From Edaphobacter aggregans (lineage in GTDB: Bacteria > Acidobacteriota > Terriglobia > Terriglobales > Acidobacteriaceae): a DNA stretch of 32,000 nt. The DNA is taken from assembly GCF_003945235.1 (NCBI RefSeq), contig NZ_RSDW01000001.1:4440001-4472000 (forward strand). Reading direction: 5' to 3'. A model generated the notes under the pieces. It made no database searches. It was not told the origin of the DNA and was given only the letters and a program-made list of their open reading frames with translations. Position numbers and translations under genes: made by a program. Within the stretch, counting starts at the first letter, position 1. Each line of letters opens with the position of its first letter. Positions 16,066 to 23,537 of this stretch are shown here, one piece after another.

Positions 16066-18993
16066 TTAGAACGTCAGACGGACTGCGAGCTGGATCTGTC
16101 GTGGATCTCCGACTGCGGTTGGCTGGCCGAACGTGGGCAGCGGCGCAATTGGATAGATGTCGGTTCCGAATGTGCTGTTGGGAATTTGATCATTTCTGTG
16201 ATTCAGCGCGTTGAAGGCCTCGGCGATGCCTTGAAGTTTGAAGCGGTCTCCGAGTGGAATGGTGCGGCTGAGACGAGCATTCAGGGTAAATGAGTCGAAG
16301 CCTGTGCCTGTGTTGCGGCTGATCACGGTTCCAGGTACGACATTCGCGCAAGAGTTTGGGGCGTTTGGCGTCAATATGTAGCCGGGAGCGCATGGTCGCT
16401 GCGATGTCGTCTGGATACTGTTGCCGCCAGTCACGACGTTGAAGGGAAGTGGAGAGTAGTACTGCAGGATACCGCTTAGCATGAATCCGTTGCTGATCTT
16501 GCTCCAGAGGCCGGTTGTTCGGTCCATCGAGGTGTGTACTGCGGCATCGAAGACGACGCGGTGACGCTGATCGTCGTCCGAACGGCTGCGGTCCATCGAC
16601 AGATTATTGTTGTTTAACGGCGAGCTGAAGAAAAATTCGCTCACGTTGTCGATGGCCTTCGACCATGTGTACGAGATGCGGTAGCTGCCCCATTGCACTG
16701 GTCGCTGTCGATAGGATACGGAAAGCCCGTCGTAGTAGGAGTCGGCTGCAGGAGCATACTGCTTGTTGTTTGCGTAGTTCGAGTTGGGGCGGCAGAGGTT
16801 GATGGGGTCAACGACAGGGTACTGCGGGCCCGTTGTGGGTTGCGAGGCGTAGCACTTGGGCGTGTTAAGGTTCACCGAGATCAGCAGATTTATGCCGCGG
16901 ACATGCTGGTAGCTGACGACGAGGTTTCCGCGTGTGCCAATCTGCTGGTCTATCTCGAGGCTGGTTTGCTCGGAGTAGGCATTCTGCATGTGCGGATCCA
17001 TCGTCGTGAGGCTGATGCGCAGATTTGGCGGAATCGTAGTTGCCGTGTATCCGCTAGTGATGTTGGGGAAGGCTGGCGCTCCAGTTTGTCCGAAAGAGAG
17101 CGCAAGTGTAGTGAATGTGGAATCGCTAATGGTTGTGCCGTTGTTGTTGGACTGGAGAGCGTTGGAGAGTGCGCGCAGCGGAACACGGTCGTAGAAGAGG
17201 CCGTAGCTGCCGCGCACAACTATCGCTCTGTTTCGATAGGGCGCCCATGCGAATCCGAAGCGTGGCGAGAGATTGTTCGTGTCGGTTGATATCGTCTTGA
17301 GCCATTGCAGGTCGTAGCGAAGGCCGGCATTCAATGTCAGTTGTGGATTTATCTTCCACTCGTCCTGCGCGTAGATACCGAGGTTTGGATTGGTCTGGGG
17401 TACGACATAGTTGCCGAATGATTGCGTAAAGGTGCTGTAGACTCCGCGCTGGAAGTTTGCGAGCGACGAGAATGCGTAGTTGCCACGTATTGACTGCGGG
17501 AACGTGATCGTCAGGTTGTTGTAGAGAAAATCTGCGCCGATACGGAGTGCATGCGGTCCCGCTTGATGCGATAGATTGTCCACCATTTCATAGAGCCGAT
17601 CGTAGCGCGCAGTGGGTGATGCGGAGAGGGTGCCGAACGTGGCCACTCCCGAGATGCTGACTGCTGGTCCGATCGGATCGTTCACCGGTGCTTTAAGATT
17701 GCTGTCGGTGAACTGTCCGCGGGTTTCGTTGACCGTGCGCGACGTTAGCATAGCGATGTTGCTGACTGCAATTGTCTGGTCAAGGTCTTTGAGGCCTGCT
17801 GCTGCGCTCGTGTAACTGATGCCGCCCGCACCGCGCGAGTTCTGGCTTGAGACATGGTACAGGCTGTAGCGGATGCTGAGTGCATCTCGCTGACTGAACT
17901 GATGGTCCACCTTTGCGAAGAAGTTACTGCTGCGGACCGGGTTGGGGTAGAGCGTCGTCGGTGTAGGCGAGCTAACCTCCAACGGTGGCCCCTGGTATTG
18001 GACGGCCTTAAGCTGCATGTTGATGGCGGCTGCGTTATAAGGCGTGATGGTGATGATGCCGTTCTGATTCAGATGGCGCTGCTCGAAGTTAGCGAAGTAG
18101 AATGTGCGATCGCGGATGATCGGGCCGCCGAGGCTAGCTCCGTACTGCGCCTGCGTTAGCGGTAGATTGCTTTGGGAAAGGGCGTTCGCTGCGTTCAAAC
18201 GCTGGTTGCGTAGGTAGCCGTAGAGATCGCCGTGGAGTTGGTTGGTTCCGCTCTTCGAGACAAAGTTGATATATCCGCCGAGAGCGCGGCCAAATTCCGC
18301 CTGTCCGCCGCTGGTTACGACCTGCATCTCTTGAACTACATCAAGCCCGAGCGCGCTTTGCACAAGTCCGGCTGCGTCGTCGTTGGATGAGAGACCATCG
18401 ACGAGAAAGCTGTTCGAGAAGTTTCTTTGGCTGTTGACGGAGATTCCCTGGCCCGGGACCGCGGAGGTTTCGGCGAAGAGCTGATTGGCTGCGGTGTTTG
18501 TTGGCGAGACGCCGGGCACCAGGAGTGCGAGATCGAGCGAGTTGCGTCCGTTGAAGGGCAGGCTGGCGACCTCAGTCTGTGAGATTGTCTCTGCGATCTG
18601 GCTTCGACGGGTTTCGAGCACGGGGGCGTCTGTACTTACGTTCACCTCGGTCTGTGTGGAGCCTACTAAAAGCGTGATTGGGAGATCGAACGCCGCTCCG
18701 ACGGACAGTGTGACATTGCGTACAGAGTCGCCAAAGCCCGATTGATGAACCGTGATCTGATATTGCCCGACCTGTAGATAGGGAAATCGAAAGCTGCCGT
18801 TTGCACCGGTGGTTGTGCTTCTGCTGGTGTTGGTAGAGATCATGCGCGCGGTCACGGATGCGCCATTGACGACGGCTCCCTGCGCGTCGGTGACTCGACC
18901 GCTCAGGGATGCGTTGTTGACTGTCTCCTGGGCAAGAGACAATGCGCTGAGAGCGGTTGCCAAGATGAAAGTGAAAAGATGTCGTCTGTACAC
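16066..18993 (-). CDS. TonB-dependent receptor with N-terminal carboxypeptidase-regulatory-like domain (TBDR-2)
   Basis: The 975-aa ORF starts at GTG. It has the signal peptide MYRRHLFTFILATALSALSLAQ and a CarboxypepD_reg-like start, SLSGRVTDAQGAVVNGASVTA...GSFRFPYLQVGQYQITV. The plug region is LPFNGRNSLDLALLVPGV. The long beta-barrel ends in ...QIQLAVRLTF. Confidence 0.9.
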   Translation of the reverse strand: MYRRHLFTFILATALSALSLAQETVNNASLSGRVTDAQGAVVNGASVTARMISTNTSRSTTTGANGSFRFPYLQVGQYQITVHQSGFGDSVRNVTLSVGAAFDLPITLLVGSTQTEVNVSTDAPVLETRRSQIAETISQTEVASLPFNGRNSLDLALLVPGVSPTNTAANQLFAETSAVPGQGISVNSQRNFSNSFLVDGLSSNDDAAGLVQSALGLDVVQEMQVVTSGGQAEFGRALGGYINFVSKSGTNQLHGDLYGYLRNQRLNAANALSQSNLPLTQAQYGASLGGPIIRDRTFYFANFEQRHLNQNGIITITPYNAAAINMQLKAVQYQGPPLEVSSPTPTTLYPNPVRSSNFFAKVDHQFSQRDALSIRYSLYHVSSQNSRGAGGISYTSAAAGLKDLDQTIAVSNIAMLTSRTVNETRGQFTDSNLKAPVNDPIGPAVSISGVATFGTLSASPTARYDRLYEMVDNLSHQAGPHALRIGADFLYNNLTITFPQSIRGNYAFSSLANFQRGVYSTFTQSFGNYVVPQTNPNLGIYAQDEWKINPQLTLNAGLRYDLQWLKTISTDTNNLSPRFGFAWAPYRNRAIVVRGSYGLFYDRVPLRALSNALQSNNNGTTISDSTFTTLALSFGQTGAPAFPNITSGYTATTIPPNLRISLTTMDPHMQNAYSEQTSLEIDQQIGTRGNLVVSYQHVRGINLLISVNLNTPKCYASQPTTGPQYPVVDPINLCRPNSNYANNKQYAPAADSYYDGLSVSYRQRPVQWGSYRISYTWSKAIDNVSEFFFSSPLNNNNLSMDRSRSDDDQRHRVVFDAAVHTSMDRTTGLWSKISNGFMLSGILQYYSPLPFNVVTGGNSIQTTSQRPCAPGYILTPNAPNSCANVVPGTVISRNTGTGFDSFTLNARLSRTIPLGDRFKLQGIAEAFNALNHRNDQIPNSTFGTDIYPIAPLPTFGQPTAVGDPRQIQLAVRLTF

Positions 18994-19114
18994 GAGATAT
19001 CCGTGGGATGCAGCTAGCTGAACAGAGTCGAGGAACGGGCTTGCATCCTCGCAATGGCGATCACGATGGGGGACAGAGGCCAGTTGCTGAGAGGTTGTTA
19101 GCCGGAAGGCGGCA

Positions 19115-19507
19115 CTAGAATACGAATGCAGGAGGGCCGCGCTCGTGTCGTGACCGGTCCAGTGCGAAGCGTGCGAGGACGGCAGCCTGAGGTTTACCGA
19201 TGGGGTGGGCTACTATCGCAATCGACAGAAGTGAAGTTGAGACAGGCGAAAGTTCTTCATGACGAACTGGAGCAATTGCCTTTGGATAGGCGGGGCATCT
19301 CTGCCGTAGAGCCGAGAGTTGGATCCCCTGAGACTGCCCGTCTGATGAGGGCATTGAGCAGTGATGTACTCCGTTACGCCGGCAGCATGCGGGAAGGCTA
19401 GTTGCCGAGGTCGGAACAAGCGCAAACAGCGGCGAGATCAGCGGGAAGCAGAACAGGACGACAAGCGAGATGGCCAGAAACCGGCGCACATCGTGATTGT
19501 AGCTCAC
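19115..19507 (-). CDS. Small exported/anchored protein with a CC-x5-HHC motif (hypothetical)
   Basis: The 130-aa ORF starts at GTG 19507 (alternative GTG at 19489). It lies 31 nt after the TBDR-1 stop and 121 nt before the TBDR-2 start. It has a hydrophobic N-terminus FLAISLVVLFCFPLISPLFALV, then LPACCRRNGVHHCSMP, and a further Cys in RQRCPAYP. Confidence 0.55.
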   Translation of the reverse strand: MSYNHDVRRFLAISLVVLFCFPLISPLFALVPTSATSLPACCRRNGVHHCSMPSSDGQSQGIQLSALRQRCPAYPKAIAPVRHEELSPVSTSLLSIAIVAHPIGKPQAAVLARFALDRSRHERGPPAFVF

Positions 19508-19538
19508 ACTCCATCTCGCAATTGCTTGACTAGGCTGA

Positions 19539-22500
19539 TTAGCGACTTAGTCGAATCGCTAGCTGTATTACGCGTGGGTCCGTCGTTGTGCTGGTGATGC
19601 TTCCGAACGCGGCAGCCCCAAAGCTGCCGTTTGGCTGTGCGAAGGCCGGTGTATTCGTGATGTTGAAGAACTCGCAACGGAATTCCATGCTGGTCTCAGC
19701 AAACAAATTCGTATGTTTGACGAGAGCGATATCCAAGTCTCGGTAGGCTGGGCCGCGCACTGGGTTACGGGAGGCGTTGCCGATCACGAACTGTGGCGCA
19801 GTCACGAACGCGCTTGTATTGAAGAAGTGCGCGGGTGTCCGTTGGCTAGCCGGGAGACTGGTTTGAGCGATAATGTTCGGTCGTTGCAGTGCAAAGCCTG
19901 CGAAGGCATTGTTGTTAGTTGCCTGGGTTACGGTGACGGGCATGCCGGACTGCAGCGAGATGATCGTGTTGAGGGTCCAGCCGCCGAGCAGTGCGTTCGC
20001 GACACCGGTGGAAGCGAAGTTATGACCGCGACCGGCAGGCAAATCGTAGATGCCGCTGAAGGATAGAACGTTCGGTATGTCTCCGTTGGAGGAATCGCGT
20101 TCGAGGTAAGGTCGGAACGTGTCGGCCGCAATGAGACTGCTTGAGTTCGGAGACGACAGCACTGTTGTGGAAAATACGGACGAAGCATCGTCTATCAGCT
20201 TCGAATGAGTGTAGGCGAAGAGAAACGAGATGCCGTGCGAGAGTCTCTGTTCTACCTTGGCTTGGATGGCGTTGTAGTTGGTCGTGCCACTATTGTTCCT
20301 GTAAGTTGCGACATTGAGGAAGCGTGGATATGGCTTCAGGAGCTGAGCCTGGCTGACGGTCTTCGTACCGATGGAGCTGGATATTGGCAGTTGTCCGTAG
20401 TACGGATTTGTCACCTGGGTCTGGAGCGACGAGCCTTGTGCAAGCTGCGTGGCAGTAAGTTGATTGAGGTTCGAGTCGGGGATACCGACGTGGACGATAT
20501 GCGAGCCTACGTAGGCGATCTCCGCGGAGAGGTTGTTGGTGATGGCTCGCTGCACCGCCAGGTTCCACTGCTGAACGTATCCCGAGCCGGCGGTTCTGTT
20601 CACTGTGTAGACACTCTGGCCAAGACCGGCATCCGGAGTGAAGGGAATCGGTGCGACAGACGGGCCGTTCGATAGAGCGAACGCGGAGTTGACGCTATCC
20701 TGGGTCTTTTGCTGGACGTTCTGAATGAAGGGAAACTGTGGTGTTGTGAATGGAGTCGTGATTCCTGACTGGTCGATGAAGACGATTCCGAATCCGGAGC
20801 GGACGACTGTGGTCGGCGTTACAAGATAGGTGAAGCCGATGCGTGGTGCGACGTTGGTGTAATGCAGTTCGCGGGCGCTGCGTGAGTTTCCGTTCACACC
20901 GAGATAGTCCAGTTGTTGCGTCTGAAGGTTGAAGACCGCTCCTTGATTATTCTTTTCGGTTGAAGGGAAGTGAAGGGTCCATCGAGCGCCGAGGTTGAGT
21001 GTGAGCCGGTCGGTCACTCTCCAATCATCCTGGAAGAAATACTCCTGGATGTGTGCGCGGGGGCGGATCCTGCTTTCCTGCAAATCGATCTGAAAGGTAT
21101 CGACCTGACCCAGCAGGAAGCTGGCGAGTGCGTTGCCGCTGTTCGTCACGCCTTGTTGGTTGGTGCCCGTTGTTGTGAACGCGAAGGAACCAGTCGGGTT
21201 CGGCGGAGAGACCGCATTGAGCTGATACCAGCGGAAGTCCAGCCCAGCCTTATATGCGTGACGGCCTCTTGTGTAGACGACGGTGTTGACCGTCTGCCAT
21301 ACGGCGGTCTGGAACTGAGAAAAGGTACTGGCGGAAGGACCCAGCTGCTGAAAGCCTGTGAACGTGAATAAGGGAAGGGCATCGTTGAACGCGGCGTTGG
21401 TCGGTATGCCGGGGATTCCGAGTGCGGCGGATGCGGTGTTCCCAAGGCTCGTGCCCACAATCGTGTTCCCTCGGCGCGTGTAGCCTAATCGGAAGTCGTT
21501 CAGCAGATGGGGGGAAAAGATGTGCGTCTCGTTCATGACTGCCTGCTGTCCGAGTACGTTCGACAGGCCCACCACACCGCCGGTTCCAAGAACCGATCCG
21601 GTGATGGCGCCGCTTCCGTCCGGCAACGGTGTGACTGGCTCCTCTACCTCGTTGTAGTAGCTGTAACGGCCGAAGGCGCGGTCGCGGCTGCTGATGTCAC
21701 CATCGACGCGAACGTCAAACTGGTTCTGATGGTCGGTGTCGTTCGCGGTGCGGGTGTAGTTATTTGCGGCTGCAGTCAGGTTAGTCGGTGTGGGAAACCG
21801 GTCCAGCAATGCCTTTGCAGCGGTATCGAATGGCACGTTGATTACGTCATTCGGGAATGGCTGCCGCACATACTTTCCGCCGGTAAATGTTGTAGTCGCC
21901 GGGTTGTAGATGTGGGAAACACCAGTGAATATTCCCTGGCGCTCGGCGAGCGTCGGAATGGTGGAGATTCGTGTGACGCCAATCTGTTGTTTGACTCCCT
22001 GATAGTCGCCGAAGAAGAAGAGACGATCGTGGATGATAGGAGCACCAAGAGTTGCGCCGTATAAGTTGCGTCGATATTCCGGTTTGCGTGCGGGCGCTGG
22101 CGACGCGAAGTAGTTTCGGGCGTTCAGATCTTCATTGCGAACGAACCAGAACAGACTTCCATGAACGGCATTTGAGCCAGAGCGCGTTGCTACGTTCACG
22201 ACACCACCGTTGAAGCGACCGAACTCTGCCGGTACGTTATTGGCTTCAACAGTGAACTCCTGGATATTGTCGAGGATTGGGAAGTAAGCGACCTGTCCAG
22301 GTTCAGGCTGTAGTGCGGAGATGCCGTCGTACAGGTACTCATTTGTTCTGGGGCGGCCACCATTGATGCGTGGGAGTAGTGTTCCGGGAGGAAGTGCGAC
22401 GCCAGGCGCAAGGGTTGTGAGTTGCACGAAGTTACGCGTATTGAGAGGCATGGCAAGCACGGTCGCGCCTGCAATATTTGTCTGGGTGCTGCTCGTTCCT

Positions 22501-22880
22501 GCCTGTAGGAGGGGTGCGTCGCCTTCGACGGTCACGGTCTGCCGGTCTTGCCCCACGCTAAGGACAAGGTCGATGCTCACGGTCTCACCTACTGTGACGG
22601 TAACGCCTGTGTGAGTCAAATGCTGAAATCCGTCAGCGGACACATCCAGCTGATATGAGCCTGGATTGAGATTGCTGAACAAGTAGTCGCCAGCTGCGGA
22701 AGTTGTGGTCGTCTGGTGCAGATTCGTCGAAGACTGAGTCAGTTCCACACGAGCGTTGACGACTGCAGCGTTGGAGGGATCGAGTACGCGGCCGCGAAGA
22801 TCTGCTGCAATCTGGGCGAATGCACTTGGTCCAAGAGTGGCACTGAAGATGATGACGTACAGAACGCGAAGAAGCTTCAT
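19539..22880 (-). CDS. TonB-dependent receptor with N-terminal carboxypeptidase-regulatory-like domain (TBDR-1)
   Basis: The 1113-aa ORF has AGGAG 9 nt upstream of the ATG and the signal peptide MKLLRVLYVIIFSATLGPSAFAQ. The N-terminal domain reads LRGRVLDPSNAAVVNARVELT...GDYLFSNLNPGSYQLDV and the plug region is MPLNTRNFVQLTTLAPGV. The barrel ends in ...RVIQLAIRLSR. Confidence 0.9.
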   Translation of the reverse strand: MKLLRVLYVIIFSATLGPSAFAQIAADLRGRVLDPSNAAVVNARVELTQSSTNLHQTTTTSAAGDYLFSNLNPGSYQLDVSADGFQHLTHTGVTVTVGETVSIDLVLSVGQDRQTVTVEGDAPLLQAGTSSTQTNIAGATVLAMPLNTRNFVQLTTLAPGVALPPGTLLPRINGGRPRTNEYLYDGISALQPEPGQVAYFPILDNIQEFTVEANNVPAEFGRFNGGVVNVATRSGSNAVHGSLFWFVRNEDLNARNYFASPAPARKPEYRRNLYGATLGAPIIHDRLFFFGDYQGVKQQIGVTRISTIPTLAERQGIFTGVSHIYNPATTTFTGGKYVRQPFPNDVINVPFDTAAKALLDRFPTPTNLTAAANNYTRTANDTDHQNQFDVRVDGDISSRDRAFGRYSYYNEVEEPVTPLPDGSGAITGSVLGTGGVVGLSNVLGQQAVMNETHIFSPHLLNDFRLGYTRRGNTIVGTSLGNTASAALGIPGIPTNAAFNDALPLFTFTGFQQLGPSASTFSQFQTAVWQTVNTVVYTRGRHAYKAGLDFRWYQLNAVSPPNPTGSFAFTTTGTNQQGVTNSGNALASFLLGQVDTFQIDLQESRIRPRAHIQEYFFQDDWRVTDRLTLNLGARWTLHFPSTEKNNQGAVFNLQTQQLDYLGVNGNSRSARELHYTNVAPRIGFTYLVTPTTVVRSGFGIVFIDQSGITTPFTTPQFPFIQNVQQKTQDSVNSAFALSNGPSVAPIPFTPDAGLGQSVYTVNRTAGSGYVQQWNLAVQRAITNNLSAEIAYVGSHIVHVGIPDSNLNQLTATQLAQGSSLQTQVTNPYYGQLPISSSIGTKTVSQAQLLKPYPRFLNVATYRNNSGTTNYNAIQAKVEQRLSHGISFLFAYTHSKLIDDASSVFSTTVLSSPNSSSLIAADTFRPYLERDSSNGDIPNVLSFSGIYDLPAGRGHNFASTGVANALLGGWTLNTIISLQSGMPVTVTQATNNNAFAGFALQRPNIIAQTSLPASQRTPAHFFNTSAFVTAPQFVIGNASRNPVRGPAYRDLDIALVKHTNLFAETSMEFRCEFFNITNTPAFAQPNGSFGAAAFGSITSTTTDPRVIQLAIRLSR

Positions 22881-23002
22881 GGACGGTGCTCCTGAAGGCG
22901 CGAATCGGGTGCGGCCGACTATAGGTGGATTTAACGATTAGATGGATTGAGCCGGGAAGGCATGCTGCGTTCGTGCGAATGCTCATCTAGTCGCGTGTAA
23001 CG

Positions 23003-23031
23003 ACTTTATTCGATTGAAATCGAATGGTCAA
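23003..23031 (-). promoter_or_regulatory. Candidate TBDR-1 promoter (TTGACC-N17-TAAAGT) whose spacer is filled by a perfect 8-2-8 palindrome (candidate operator)
   Basis: The minus strand reads TTGACC(23031-23026)-ATTCGATTtcAATCGAAt-AAAGT, with the -10 TAAAGT at 23008-23003. The palindrome ATTCGATT/AATCGAAT spans 23008-23025. It is about 125-150 nt upstream of the TBDR-1 ATG and 36-60 nt downstream of the regulator stop. Confidence 0.45.
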
Positions 23032-23066
23032 ACAAATGCTTTTTTGATGAAATTCTTTCGCGCAGG

Positions 23067-23492
23067 TCAGGAAAGCTCGTCGAGGCGCTCGATCATTACG
23101 TCGGTCGACTTGATGAGAGCAGCCGCAGTATCCCCTTTTTTTAACTGAAGCTCACGTACGGCGCCGGCGGTGATGATTGCTGTCACGTGTGCATCCCCGA
23201 TGGAAAGCACAACCTCAGCAAGAAGACCTTCAATGCGGATGCTAACCACTTTGCCGGCGAGTTGGTTTCTGCCGCTAACACGTCGAAAACGCTCGCGTGA
23301 CTCCGATGCGGGTTTCGCCTTGTCTTTAGCAAAAAAAGGTTTGAGGGTGGCTTCGGACACACGATGATGTCCCCCAGCTGTTTGAACGGTCTTCAGCTTG
23401 CCACTCAGTATCCATTGTTTGATAGTGGGATAGCTGATCCCGATTAAACGGGCTGCTTCACGGGGCGTGAACATATGGTTCGCAGTTGGCAT
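23067..23492 (-). CDS. Transcriptional regulator: excisionase/MerR-type HTH fused to a single molbindin (Mop/TOBE) domain
   Basis: The 141-aa ORF has GGAAAGG 7 nt upstream of the ATG. The N-terminus FTPREAARLIGISYPTIKQWILSGKLKTVQTAGGHHRV is HTH_17-like. The C-terminus VSGRNQLAGKVVSIRIEGLLAEVVLSIGDAHVTAIITAGAVRELQLKKGDTAAALIKSTDVMIE closely parallels the Mop / ModE signature (SARNQLxGKV ... KSTDVMI). Confidence 0.78.
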   Translation of the reverse strand: MPTANHMFTPREAARLIGISYPTIKQWILSGKLKTVQTAGGHHRVSEATLKPFFAKDKAKPASESRERFRRVSGRNQLAGKVVSIRIEGLLAEVVLSIGDAHVTAIITAGAVRELQLKKGDTAAALIKSTDVMIERLDELS

Positions 23493-23537
23493 GGCTAACC
23501 TTTCCGACGTCGTTACGCATTCGAGGCCTAGGGCAGC

